In this document: positions 40,616 through 53,998 of the stretch, piece by piece
How positions within the stretch are numbered: position 1 is the stretch's first letter
Layout of the letters: every line of letters begins with the position of its first letter
Assembly (NCBI GenBank): GCA_028534125.1
Contig: CM052817.1
Location: forward strand, 46,750,001 to 46,814,000
Direction of reading: 5' to 3'
Length of the DNA stretch: 64,000 bases
DNA from: Lama glama
Lineage: Eukaryota
The notes under the pieces: generated by a model
Database searches by the model: none
Told to the model about the DNA's origin: nothing
What the model saw: only the letters and a program-made list of their open reading frames with translations
Position numbers and translations under genes: made by a program

Positions 40616-40838
40616 CAGCCCCAGACTAATCCTCCAAGCATCTCCTACCACTCCCTCCTCACATGCCCCACTCCAGCCAGACAGGCACTTTGCTGTTCTT
40701 AAAAATGACCAAGCATATTCCCGCCTCCAGCCCTTTAGATTTGCTCCTTTCTCTTCTTTCAGAGATTCACAAGGCTCGCTCCCTCACAGGACATTTCTAC
40801 TCAAGTCTCCTCCTGAGAAGTAAATCCTCCTGGACCAT

Positions 40839-41130
40839 TGTCTTACTTTGGTTTCTCTCAAAACAGACTCTGAGATCAGGACTAGATGCACGGAGTTTAT
40901 CAGAAAGTGATCTCTGAAGGCAGAGTGAGGCAAACGGAAAAGAAGACAAGCAAGAGAAGCCCATGAAGGACGTGTTGACGGGTAGGTACGGCTGTGGGCA
41001 GCTGAGGCTCAGTCCCCCTGGAGACCTCTTGAGAGGCTGAGTGGAGTACACTTCAGAATTGTCACCAACTCTGTCCCTCATTAAATGAAGATTGTTTCTG
41101 GGGACATCAACCTCTATCCTGCCTCTATGT
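40839..41130 (-). mobile_element. ERVL LTR (LTR16-like), partial
   Basis: tgtcttactttggtttctctcaaaacagactctgagatcagga...gtttat...ctgtgggcagctgaggctcagtcc resembles the recalled LTR16C consensus. Confidence 0.6.
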
Positions 41131-41349
41131 ACTGTCACAGCAGGTACTTAAGGTGTAGCACATACTAGGCTCCTGATAAACATTGAATAAATACATGGGA
41201 TGTGTAGAATGTTTTGAGACACTGGATAGAATAAGAAGAGAAAAGAGAACTAAAAAGATTTTTAAGCATGTTAATAATTTAAAAAAAAACAAGATACAAA
41301 CTAGTGTTAGAGTATGCTTCTGTTTGCTTAAAAAAAGATAGTTATGTAT

Positions 41350-41785
41350 AATATCATTTAGGGCACTATTCTTCAATAACAGAGAGACCTCAAAATACAG
41401 TGGCTTAATTAAAATACAAACTTTATTTCTCTGTAAAGTAATATCCATATAAGCCATCTAGGACTGATAGAGTAGCCTTTCTTGACATGATGCCTCCCAT
41501 CTCCGGACTCAAAGCAATTGTTTCATTCTCTCCAAACTCCAGCTAGTGGAAAACAGGGAAAGAGCTGGGGAAATAGGCTCATTCCCTTGAAAGACATCCA
41601 GAAAAGGCATATCTTGTCTTTTATTCATACCCTGTTGGCCAGAGTATAGTCACATGGACAAATCTAGTCCCAAGGAAGGATGGAAATGCAGTTATTAGCT
41701 AGTTGTGCCCAGCTAAACTTGATTGTCTATTATTATAGGAAGAAGGGAGAGTGGGTACTGGTGCACAATTGGCAGCTTCTCACAA
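41350..41785 (-). mobile_element. Old MaLR LTR (MLT1J-like)
   Basis: ...taacagagagacctcaaaatacagtggcttaa...ttggccagagtatagtcacatgg. Confidence 0.6.
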
Positions 41786-42065
41786 AGACAGATACGTTTA
41801 CATGTGAGCAGAGCATTTCTGAAAGAATAATAATTTCTAAGGTAATGGAATGGAATCCCAGAAGCTAGGTTAGAGACTAGCTCACTTGTTTGGTAAACCA
41901 TTTTGCGTGATTTGGAATAATTACCATATATGTATATTACCATAATGGAATTAAACATTTATTCTTATTATACTCAGATGTGTGTTTTCCATAAGCAGTT
42001 ATAAGTTCATTCCCCACTGAGTAGTAGGAAATGGGATAAATTTTTAATTTTTGAATTATAGTATC

Positions 42066-42417
42066 TGTGTTAGCCAGCCCAGGCTGCCATGACAAAATAC
42101 CATAGACTAGGTGGCTTAAAGAACATAAATCTGTTTTCTTACTGTTATGGAGGCTGGAGGTCCTAGATCAGGGTTCCAGCACGGTCAGGTTGAGGAGAGC
42201 TCTCTTTCTGGCTTGCAGATGGTCATCTCTCTGTATTCTCACATGGCAGAGAGAGACAGAGAGAGAGGCACTAAGTGTACTAGTTCCATTATGAAGATGG
42301 AATGACCTTATCTAAACCAAGTCACCCCCTAAAGGTCCCATCTGCAAATACAAGCACATTGAGGGTTAGATCTTCAACAAATGAATTTTGGTGGGGGACA
42401 CAATTCAGTCTATAGCA
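42066..42417 (-). mobile_element. Solo MaLR LTR (MLT1A-like), full length
   Basis: TG...CA termini, 352 bp, perfect 5-bp TSD GTATC at 42061-42065 and 42418-42422. Confidence 0.9.
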
Positions 42418-45400
42418 GTATCTTTAGCTCTCCTACTTTAAATAATCTGCTTCAGAACTCAGTCTTTTCTGTTTGGTTTGGTTTGGTTTGATTTAAGTGG
42501 CTGTTCTTTCACGTTGCACCCACCCCCTCAGCACTTTTCCCTAAATGGCATCAAGCTGTATAAATGGAGAAGGTCCATGTGCCCTTGTGGCTTTCAGGAA
42601 AGTGGGAGGTCTGTAAATGTACTGCAGATGTGTACTGCCCCCTGAAGTGTGGTAAGAACCCAACTCTGGGCACTTTGCTGTCTGTTCCTGAGTCTATAGC
42701 TCATGGAGAAGGAGGATCTGGAGTGTGAAGCATACCCTGTCTTGGCCCATGCACATTGCTCCAGCCATTTACTCTGTTAGGGCTGCCCCACATGGAGCAG
42801 GGCCTCCCTGCAGAGTGGCAGACACCCAGCAGACCAGAGGATGGAGAAAAATCTCTCTGCTCTCAACACCCACTCACCAGAATGAATGCACCCATGCCCT
42901 CAACTGATCTAACACATCTTCTTTCCAGAACTTCACCCTGGAGAGGGGAGGTCAGGGCATGCGTTTCATGACTCTTGATATCTACTTCTCACCATCTCCT
43001 GGGGACAGAATAGGCAGATTTAGGCTTTCCACTTTCTTCAGATGCCTCTTCCACCCTGGAAGAACAAACAGCATCATCAGAGGCAGTACCATTTCAAAGC
43101 TTGGAAGAAACTATGATCAGAGTCTCTCAGATCTGGTTCTTGATCTTCATGGGAATTAAGAATTTGGAAAAATCTTTTTTTTCCCTCTAGATTTCAAAGC
43201 TATTCTAAGAATTTTTCTTGGCTGAAAAAAAAAGTTCTACCACTCTATTTTGTTTTTATATATTATTTAAAATTTGCAATATTATACAATAGTAGAGAAA
43301 ATAATCAAATGTATGCATCACCCAGGTTCAGAAATTATCAACATTTTTTGGTGTTGTTTCATATGTAACTCACCTTTTCCTTTTGAACTATTTTAAAACA
43401 AATTCTAGAAGCCATTCTTTTCTTTCCCTTTACATTCTTTTCATGAGTCCAAATTTCACCAACTCCCAAAAGATAGCAGTTAGGTGCCTTAGGCTAACAA
43501 GGAAAAAAGGTTTAAGCATGGAAATGAACAAGAAAAAACTTCCCTGGAAAGTTAAAGAATCACCAAATTAAAAGACACATGGTTCATATTGTTAAGTGTG
43601 TTGCATCAAAAATAATTTTCACTTCATTTTTAATAGTAAGCTCTATTTTATAATTTTTTTTACTCTGGTTTAACAACTTTGACTTAAACATCTTTCATGT
43701 TTAAAACTTAATCATCCTTTCAGTGATCAATTTATAATTGACTCACAGTTAAAAGTATTTGAAAATTTAACTTTTCCTTTTGGATTTTCTCATTTGAATG
43801 AATAATGCAGGTTATGTTATGACATTAGGTAAAGGAAAGTCAGGATTGAAATTGCATGTGTTCTGTGAGTATAATTATGTAAAAAGTAAAATACATGCAA
43901 GGAGAGAGTGTAAACTAGAAAACAAAATAGTGATGTGATTATATTTCTAGAACGGTATCAGAATTTTTCTCCCATTGAAGTTTCCAGATATTCTATGATG
44001 TAGTTATACCATTTCTATAGAATAAAATTATTTTTTTAAATAGAAAAAAATATATATCCTAAGGACCATTTTTATGTAATTTCCTAATCTTTGTGTTTCT
44101 AGTGTCTCACCAAATTACATATTATTTCTAACGTTTACCCAGTTACACAGTGTATACCAAGAGCTCGAGATGGCTTCTTACAACAAAGTTAAAGCAATCT
44201 TGTTTCTATTAAACACACTCCATGAAAATTTTCAAAATATAAATGATGCAAATATATTTTGACAGGGAGATCAAACACTTTAGAATACTTAAATCTTTTA
44301 TTTGCTCTTTGAGGTATGTGGGAAGGCTTTGTAACATTATTCAAATGGTGAGAAAATTCTGTTGAGTATACAAAGGGGACTGTACTGGGAGTGAGGGAGC
44401 CTGAGTTCTAATCTCTGGTCTGTTCTAAATTGCTCTGTAATTTGGTTTGCAGATCTAACCTATCTGCTCCTCGGTCATCATCTGTAAAACCTGAAGATTC
44501 CCAACCTCTCTCACATCACAGTGCTGGCCAACAGACAAAGTTAGAGTGCATTAATGTTATTTTAATATTTTTTGTTGTGAATCACAATCCAAAGGCAACT
44601 GAAATGATAATCACAGCAAGTGTCTGATTAGCAACAATACTAAACAGGCCTAATTCAATTCTACAAGCTAAATGGAAATCAGAGTTTGAGAGAAAAAAAC
44701 AAATTTAGCAATGAAATGATAAGAAGAAAATAAGCTGAAAAATACTACAGAGTACTCAAAAGAAAGGCATGGACCTTTTCAGAAACATTAACATTAATTA
44801 ACCAAAAAGCTTTATATTAGTTACCTATTAGTAAATTATGTTTGCCCAGATGTCTGTCCCTCTACTAAGTTGATGCCCCTAATGGTGGTTTAAATTGGTG
44901 TGCCCTGCTAGCTTCTTTCAGCAATACAGGCACATGTAGCCTTTTGGTTCATGGATGACAGTCCTGTTTGCAAAGCTCTCTGGCTTATTTCAGGTGCTCA
45001 GATCACATTTGTGGAACAAAACTGACTTCATTACACAGGTCTTTGACTGCCACTTAATATATAGGCTTGTGCAAAGAAACCCAGTTTCAGTAGGAGCCAG
45101 GGTAGCAGGAGAATTACTGCCGCTTCTTGAAGACAATTATTTAAATATCTAACGCATTTCAAGTAGTACGTAAATTATAAGGCTAGAAATTTACAAGTAA
45201 CACATTCATATAAAAGAAAAATTAATACTATAAAAATGTTTTTCTTTCACTTCTAGGAATCAAAAACCTCTCCAGGTGAGCATAATTCATATACTTATGA
45301 CATAAAAATATCTTATTTTCCTAATTCTTAGATTTCTTAGAAAGAACTTTAAAGTAAAGATATTACACATCTAAAAAGAGTGTTTTGCATTGCCTTTGTA

Positions 45401-45639
45401 CACTATTAAGCAACTTGAATTATTTTGTCAGCCAGCTAATATTTTAACCACCTGTGGCTTCCTTGGTGTTCATCCAAATATTTGTTTTTTTCATGCAACT
45501 TTCACTCCATGGCCATGGTAACTTTTAAACATTAAGTTCTTCTACCTTTGGACTTCAGGGCATAAATAGATGACAGGCATTTCTTCAGTGTTTTATGTGA
45601 AAGGGCAAATATTCCATACTGGTTGGGTGTGTGTAATTA

Positions 45640-45850
45640 TAATAAAAAGCTAGCATTTACTGAGTACCCATCATGTGTGAAGCACTGACTTTTACAGGTA
45701 TTATTTCACTTAATTCTCATAGCAAATAAGGAAATTGAGGCTTGGAGAAGTTAGGTAACTTGGCCAAAGTCACAGACCTGTTAGTAAGTTAACCAGAATT
45801 TAAACCCAGATTTGACTTAAGCACCTGGCTCTTATCACTCACCATGCTGT
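45640..45850 (-). mobile_element. MIR SINE
   Basis: ...aaataaggaaattgaggcttggagaagttaggtaacttggccaaagtcacag. Confidence 0.8.
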
Positions 45851-47994
45851 TAGTTCACTAAAACTTGCAGCAAATGCAGTGTTTCAAGTATGTAATGTAT
45901 ACTGAGAAGAACCTAAATAGTAAAACCTTTCCAACTCTTCTATATATAATCTTTATTTTACCTGTACCTAGAATTATAACAAAAGAAGGAAGAGGAGGAG
46001 GAGGAAAGAAAAGGAGGGGAGGAAACAATTTTTAAATTTTTCTTCACTGGAAAATAAAAGTCAAATTCCAAAAGTATATTATTTGAATAAAATTTGTTGG
46101 TTCTTAAATGATTATTTCTCAGCTCCAAACTCTATTCTTCTTTTCTGTATTTTGTAAAGCTGGGACTAAGATTCTGAAAATTGCCTTTCTCTTTTGTCAG
46201 CTAATTCCTGTTAAAATCTGCCAAAGGTAGTTCAGAAGGAAATTAGAAGGAAGAAGGAGGTATAATATATATAAGACAGAAAGAATGTGGATAAGAGCAG
46301 AAGTTGATGGAACAGGAAAGATGCAATGGAGAAATTCATTAAATACAAACATGGTTCTTTTAAAATATGAACAAAGTTTCCAAACCTCTGGCACAATCAC
46401 TCAAATAAAAGAGAGAGAAAGCGAATGTCAAGTCATTATGTGGTATATCTAAAACTAATATAATATTGCATGTCAACTATATTTCAATTAAAGAGAGAGG
46501 GAGCAAAAAAAATTGAATTGAAAAAGAACACATAAACAAAGTTACAATAGAGATTAAAATAATAATAACCATGGAAATTTCTGCCTTCAGGCATGACAGA
46601 CCAGATGATTTAGCTCTTAATCAACAAAAACTCTAATGCTAATGGAAAAATGGACAAAGGGAAAATATGAGATTATCAGAACATATGATAGAAAACTTCA
46701 AACACACACAAAATAGAAGATAGCATAATGAATTTAGGTGGAAGCTGAGACCCAGACAACTGAGGACAGGTAGCACTATAGCTGCTCATATTTCTGAAGC
46801 AGCACAGTAAGGCTATTTCTGGGAATATATAAAGAAGTGAAAACTGCTGTTGTTGGGGTAAAAGGCCATTGCTATAGCAAAGCTGACATGAATAGCCAGC
46901 TAACAGGAAGAAGCAAACAAAAATTATAAAATATCAAAAATATATCAGTAATAGTGGTAGAGACAGCATGTGACATTTGTATATAACAGTGTATAAACTT
47001 TCTAAATGCAATGTGGCAATATTTATTAAGAACCATAAAAATGTTCATACCATTTGACATGGTAATCCATACTTTGCAGTTTATCTAAAGACAGGATTCT
47101 GAGATGTGCCCCCAAATTTATGTTCATGGTGGTTAAAGACAGTATTAAAACTTAACTACATAAACAAACATGTCCTATGCAGACAGTGTCTTTTTATCAG
47201 AGTTACTTGAATATTTGCATAAGTAAATCACACCAACAAAGAATGTCTTTGCCCAGCTTCTAATTAAGCAATTCCCAAAACACTAAAATTCCCTGCCCCA
47301 CCCTCCAAAATCAGTCAAATAAAATAGTATCACAATAGTCATTCCAAATGCAAGATGATAAAAAATAGTTCCAGAAACTGATTCAACAATTTTGTGAAAT
47401 GCAAATTGCCGATATCCATTTAAGCAACCTAATATAACATAATTAAGATTTAAGAAGGTGAAATTGGAAAAGAAGTAAGAAAACTCATAGTCACATAATC
47501 AACTATAGATCTCAGACTAAAGATTTAAAGATTAAATAAATATGGGAAAAAGAGAAACTAATTAAACCTGACCAAGGAGTCTGCCTAAATCGCCTCCTCC
47601 AGGAAGCCTTCCCAGACGACCTATAATCTAAGGTAGACACCTCGTCTGTGAGCTCCCATTGCCCTTGTGTTTCCCCCTAATTAATCATTCTTACAGTACT
47701 CCATAAGAGTGATTGTTTACTTATTTCTCTTATCCCCTATCTGATGGTGAGACCTTGAGATTGAACAGTCTTTATTTCTGTGCTGTAAAACTTGCCCAAA
47801 GAAGAATTCAATAAATATTGATTGAATGAACTGAGGATGGAAAAGTAGGGAGAGAGAGTATTCTTTCATGAAAAGGGGACTGGTTTATAGAAATGATAAC
47901 AAAGTTTAGTGATAAAGTCATATTTCTTTTAATAAAAGAAAATTATGAATAGCTAGGTTTCCCAGTGTATGAACAAGTTATGGCCTATTAAAGC

Positions 47995-48425
47995 TGAGTT
48001 TTCTTCCACTTGCTTCTGCAGATCTACACTACCTCCTCCACCCTGATCTATGTCACAGGAGACTGACCTGCATGGACTACAGCAACTGAATCATTTGCCC
48101 CTGGTGGCAGATTGGGTTGGTGGGAGAATGAGTGAGGACATTAATTTCCCAGGCTCCCTGCCTGCTGGTCACAATGAATGAGCTGCATCTCTCTGTGGAG
48201 GGCTTCAGCCCTGGTCAAGCAGTTTTCTCCTGATAGCTACCCTCTCCGGGTCCCGATATCCGCTAGCTTCATGAAGCCTAGGAGGAATACTGCCTCCCGA
48301 CTCATTTGGTTAACCCTGGTTTAGTTTCTTTTTCTAAACTTTGCCCACACCTTTGTAAGCAGTCTTACTCTTAGGTTTCCTACTTTGAGGTGCCTTCTGA
48401 TTCTTGCCAGGATCCTGACTATTCA
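47995..48425 (+). mobile_element. ERVL LTR (LTR41-like)
   Basis: ...ctccaccctgatctatgtcacaggagactgacctgcatggactac...gcccacacctttgtaa...ccaggatcctgactattca resembles the recalled LTR41 consensus. Confidence 0.65.
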
Positions 48426-49659
48426 AAAGCCTTATTTCACAGTTCTCCACAAAATCTCAAAAAATGGACACATTTTATGGTTGACATTAGGTCCTCTAAT
48501 GGGATTGAGAGCTTTTTTCAATCCAAACATATAATGATAAATATCAAGAGGATCTTTTGAGGCAGTGTTAATTAGCAGAGGAGTGTTAAGAGATTTCCTG
48601 TGGGCAATGGTTAATGAATTTGGAAATTACTAACATAAACTATGGTTAGAAAATAGCAGAAAACAACCTATCAATTGTATTTCAGGAAAATGATCATTAT
48701 ATACTCTCAGTGCTTAGAACAGCACCTTGTTTTTAAGAAGTAAGAAAGCATTTATTGGATGAATTAATCAGGGAGAACACTGAAACAAAACAGAAAATGT
48801 CACCTTACACTTGCATAAAGAAGATTCCACACTGGAAATATTAAGTGGCATTCTGGTAATTACCTAGTGATGAAAACATAACAGACCTGAAAATGGGCCC
48901 AGAAAATAGTAATTATTCAAACAAAAATGATTGATGTGTAAATAGACTAAAATGACTGGAGTTGTAATGATAGCAACAGATACCATTCGTTAGACACCTA
49001 TACTCTGTTAGGTATTTCACATATTAGCTTCAATCCTCACCTTCCTGCCCAATGGAGGTGGTCAACGACAGCTTCCAGAAGGTAATAGCTGCGTTGATTC
49101 AGAAAAGTGGGGCAGAAGCCATCCATGAAGATGAAAGGGCAAAGAAGGTTCTAGGTAGAATGCTATCATGCACAGAATCACAGAGACAAAGAGGGCAGGA
49201 TGCATTTCAGGAACTTCAGATGTTTCAGTCATGAAGAAAGGCTGAAGATTGGAGACAAAGTGGGATTTTTATCCTGAAGACCACGAAAAGCCATAATTTC
49301 TACACAGAAATGTCATTATCTAATATTTGTTTTAGGCATGCATATGGAGCACCAGTGAAAAGATTGTTATGAAGATTAATAAATTATAAAGGTGTACTAT
49401 ATTAATCAGTACTATAATAGTCAGTGCACTATAAAGCACTAGTCCAGACAACAGTTATTTTTCTCAGGTTGTTGCTATTCTACTTTCTGCCATCTGCCCT
49501 ATTGTACTGCCTTACTTTCTCAATCCCACCTATGGCTCTGTGCCCGGTTAACCATTCAGTCTGTTTTCAGTCTCCCAGTGGCACTCAGACCTACCACAGT
49601 CTTCTGAAGTTGCATGTGCTTTATCTGACGTACTGCTCTACAGCACTCACTGGGACTAG

Positions 49660-49677
49660 AGTGCCACCTCGTGTCGC
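49660..49677 (-). promoter_or_regulatory. Candidate CTCF binding site
   Basis: Minus strand GCGACACGAGGTGGCACT versus consensus CCACYAGRKGGCRC; locally retained CpGs. Motif evidence only. Confidence 0.55.
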
Positions 49678-50451
49678 ATCGCTGACTATTCAGAATCCCC
49701 AGCATACTTTCTGCTTGAGCTACTTGTGGATGAGGCCACTGAAGTTTTCTTCCGGGAGTAATTTGGAAAAGAAAATTGCAGTAAATATTTTCCTAAATAT
49801 AACAGAAAAAGAGCCCAAGACCTTTTCAATACAGTAATCGTGCTAATGCCTGAATTTAGAAGATTGGTCACTACAGCTGGAAAGTGCTTAACTTACATCC
49901 TCTGAACTCCTGTTATATAATTTTTTAAAAGATTTACGGTTTTTAAAAATTTATGTTTTAAAATACACCTGAAATTATGATCTAAGAGATGAAATAGATC
50001 AAGTAGAAACCTACCCTGATCTCTCTCCTAGAGGCCCATATTCAGTAATAAGTTTTGAGAAGGGATTCCAAGAGGTTGTTTGAAAGTACATTCCTTGACG
50101 TCTGCAAAGGAGGCTACAAGCCTTTACAGGCAGATCAACAATTTAAACTATTTTAAAAGAATTATTAGAGAAAGAAATTTTCTTAAATTCCTGGATAAGG
50201 ACCACGCATAGATTCTTTCTGCCTCCTCCTCCCCACAGTTCTCCACAGGCAGTTTTACTTTACTTTTCTCTTCTGGAAAAAAATGAGCTCCCATTTTTTT
50301 CTCATATTTGTAGAAAAGTGAGCTCTAAATTCCTGGGAATTTATTGCTATTTTCTTAAACAGAGTGTAAACCAATATGCTGTCACTGTATACACACGGTA
50401 AACATGTCATGCAGATTGACATTTTGTCTGGGAAAATGAAGCCTATCTTTA

Positions 50452-50650
50452 CTGAGCACTTTTTATATATTAACTCATTTAATCCTCACAAAAATCTACT
50501 AATGTATTATTGTTCCCATTTTAAGACTGGAAACTGAAGTTTGGAGAGGATTATACAAGTTTCCACATCAAGAAGTGGTACAGTCATTTCAAATCCAGGT
50601 CTCTCTGACCCTAAATCCTTGTACCCATAACCATTATGCTTTATCGCCTC
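50452..50650 (-). mobile_element. MIR SINE
   Basis: ...aactcatttaatcctcaca...cccattttaagactggaaactgaag. Confidence 0.7.
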
Positions 50651-50751
50651 TAATCATAAAACTCCAAATTATAAAGATATACTAGTACCAACTACCTCTT
50701 AAATACAACCCAAGATAAACAAATTACATGTAAATGTCAAAACTGATTTGG

Positions 50752-52185
50752 AAATAAGATGATCATTCAGAACTTACGGCAAAGCTTCAGTAATCAGGAC
50801 AATGTGCTATTGGCATAAGGGTAAACATATAAATTAATATCATAGAATTAAGACTCCAGAAATGAACCCATACATCTATGGTCAACAGATTTTAGGCAAG
50901 GATGCCAAGACCACTAATGGGGAAAGAATAATCTTATAAACAAATAGTGCTGGGACAAATGACTAGCCAAATGCAAAACAATGAAGTAGGACCCTTACCT
51001 CACAACAAATACAAAAATTAACTCAAAATATATCAAAGGCCTAAATGTGAGAGAAAAACTATTAAACTTTTAGAAGAATATAGTCATAAATCTTCATGAC
51101 CTTGGATTAGGCAATGATTTTTTCAACATGAAACCAAAAGCACAAGCTACAAAAGGAAAAATAGACAAATTGGACTTCATCAGGATAAAAACTTTTGTGC
51201 TCCAATGGACATCATCAGGAAAGTAAAAAGTCAGTCCATAGAATGAAGTAAATTTTTTGTAAATCATATATCTGACTTGTATCTAGAATATAAAAGGAAC
51301 CATTACAACTCAATAATAAGATAAATTTCCGAATTCAAAAATCAGCAAACTATCTGAATAGATGGTTCTCTAAAAAGGATATACAAATGGTCAATAAGCA
51401 TATGAAAACTGCTCAGTATTATCAGCCGTCAGGGAAATGCAAATCAAAACCATAATCAGATGCCATTTCACACCCAGCAGGATGATTATAATAAAAAAAG
51501 ACAGACAATAATGAGTTTTAGCAAGAATGTAGAAAAATTAGAACTTTTATGCATTGCTGGTAGGGTTGTAAAATGGTGCTGTCACTTTGGAAGACAGTCT
51601 GGAAGCTCCTCAGGTGGTTAAACATAAAGCTGCTACATGATCCAGTCATTCCATTCCTAGGTATATACCCCAAGGGAAATGAAAACATACCCACACAAAA
51701 ATGTGCACATAAATGTTCACAGCACCATTATTCATAATAGCCAAAAAGTGGAAAAACTCAAAGGTCCATTATTAATGAATGGATAAACAAAGTGTGGTAT
51801 ATTCATAAAACAATTATTCAGTCATTAATAAAAGATGAAGTAATGATCCATGCCACAACATGAGTGAACCTTGAAAACATTATGCTCAGTGGGAAAAAAG
51901 TCACAAAGTACCATATATTGCATGCTTCGATTTATGTGAATTGTCAAGAATGGACAAATTGATAGAGACAGAAAATAGATTAACAGTTGCTTAGGCCTGG
52001 GGAAGATGAGGAGATTGAGGGGTGATCACTAGGGAACGTTGGGGTTTTGTCAGGGCAAGGAAATGTTCTAAAAATTGATTGTGGTGATGGATGCATGATT
52101 CTATGAATATACAAGTCCTTGAATTGTATACTTTAAATAAGTGAACTGTATAGCATGTGAATTATATCTCAAAAGAAACCATAAA
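50752..52185 (+). mobile_element. L1MB-type ORF2 3' end plus 3' UTR
   Basis: Degenerate ORF2 (ccagaaatgaacccatacatctatggtcaa; gaaatgcaaatcaaaacc) and 3' end ...gtgaactgtatagcatgtgaattatatctcaaaa. Confidence 0.9.
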
Positions 52186-52909
52186 AAATGCTAGTTGTAT
52201 GTGATTGTCATTGAGGAATATTATGGCTAGAACACAGAAACCAGAGAATCACGTGCTAGTCTGAGAGAATGTCATGAGTCAGATGTAAATGTGAAAAACT
52301 GAGTCTCTTAAACCTCATGTAGCTGCCTTTCAGAAACGTATTAAAGATATTATTGGTTTCAAAAAACAAGAGAGTTAATGAACAAGCAACGGAAAGATAC
52401 ATAAAGTAGTGAAACTCCTGCAAAAGTTACCTTGATGATAATGAAGATATAAGGTCGTGTTCGTAAGTCACTGAGCCATTGTCATAGACATTCAGAGCTT
52501 ACTTTCAGGTTTCCTTTGTTATGGAAGCAAAGGAAAAAAACATTCAATATTCTTGTGCTGTAAATAAAGTATTAGTAAGCCTGGAGATTTTTCAGCTTCT
52601 TTTATCAATCTTAAAATGACAACAAATAGAGTCAAGAAATTGTATTACTTCAGGATAAATTCTGTTCTTGAACTAATATTTAGAAATTATGAATTGCTAA
52701 GAAATATTGCCATTTAGGGTAGACATGTAATACCTTAACAACATACAATTGCTTTTGAAAAATTCATTTTTACTTGGAAGAGGCATTCAAGGATTCAAGG
52801 CAGAACTTTAAAGGAATATTCTAAGTAAATATACAGGTCAATTTCTTTAATCTAAATTCTGTACTTTGTTATTTAAAAATTGCTTTATATACATTTATAA
52901 TATATAGTA

Positions 52910-53305
52910 TAATTATCAGAGAAATGCAAGTCAAAACTACAATGAGGTATCACCTCACACCAGTCAGAATGGCCATAATTAAAAAGTCTACAAACGGCAA
53001 GTGCTGGAGAGGGTGTGGAAAAAGGGAACCCTCCTACACTGTTGGTGGGAATGTAGTTTGGTGCAGCCATTATAGAAAACAGTATGTAGAGTCCTCAAAA
53101 GACTACAAATAGACTTACCATACGATCCAGCAATCCCACTCCTAGGCATATATCCAGAGGGAACCTTAATTCAAAAAGATCCATGCACCCCAGTGTTCAT
53201 AGCGGCACTATTTACAATAGCCAAGACACGGAAACAACCTAAATGTCCATCACCAGATGACTAGATAAAAAGTTGCAGTATGTTTATACAATGGAATACT
53301 ACTCA
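52910..53305 (+). mobile_element. Young L1 ORF2 internal fragment lacking a 3' UTR
   Basis: [34 protein letters not shown]; stops abruptly at ...gaatactactca. Confidence 0.9.
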
Positions 53306-53452
53306 ATCTCATCTGTGGATGACAAGTCATAGGCTAAAGAAGGAAAATAATTTCCTTAGAGTTACATAACTAACTTAGTTATAAGTCCTTCAATGCCCTG
53401 ACCCATGACATGCTTATTTAGTCCTAATAAAGTAATAATCCTTGAAAAATTA

Positions 53453-53998
53453 TTTTTTTCAGAGCTTTGGGGGAATTTATTTTTTTTTAACATTTTTATT
53501 GATTTATAATCATTTTACAATGTTGTGTCAAATTCCAGTGTTCAGCACAATTTTTCAGTCATTCATGGACATATAGACACTCATTGTCACATTTTTTTCT
53601 CTGTGAGTTATCATAACACTTTGTGTATATTTCCTTGTGCTATACAGTGTAATCTTGTTTATCTATACTACAGTTTTGAAATCCCAGTCTATCCCTTCCC
53701 ACCCTCCACCCACCTTGGGGAATTTATTGAGAGCAGCTTTTGTGTACCAAGACGATGCTAAGCTTTTTCCCATCACTGGCAGGTGTCACAGCAGGTGGTC
53801 CCTTGATTGCTACTAGTTGATAAGCCAGACTGCTATGACCACAATAGCCATGAGCAGCAATAAGGTCACCATTATCATCCCACAAGATGTGGACTTTCTA
53901 TCCATCAGATTCACACATCTGGTTTCAGTGCAAATTTTCTCATTGGCAAGATCATCAGTTATCTCATTTTGTTTGTCCAGCTCATCTCCAATTTCCCA
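53453..53998 (-). pseudogene. STX8: 5'-truncated processed syntaxin-8 pseudogene (SNARE end, TM domain, 3' UTR), interrupted by an L1
   Basis: Peptide EIGDELDKQNEITDDLAN-EKICTETRCVNLMDRKSTSCGMIMVTLLLLMAIVVIAVWLIN* matches the STX8 C-terminus with a ~6-aa in-frame deletion. TAG at 53813-53815; 3' UTR ...GCTCTCAATAAATTCCCC[L1]...CAAAGCTCTG followed by an A tract; intronless. Confidence 0.88.
53482..53716 (-). mobile_element. Short young L1 3' end inserted in the STX8 retrocopy
   Basis: Poly(T) then antisense L1 3' UTR; perfect 12-bp TSD GGGGAATTTATT at 53470-53481 and 53717-53728. Confidence 0.85.
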
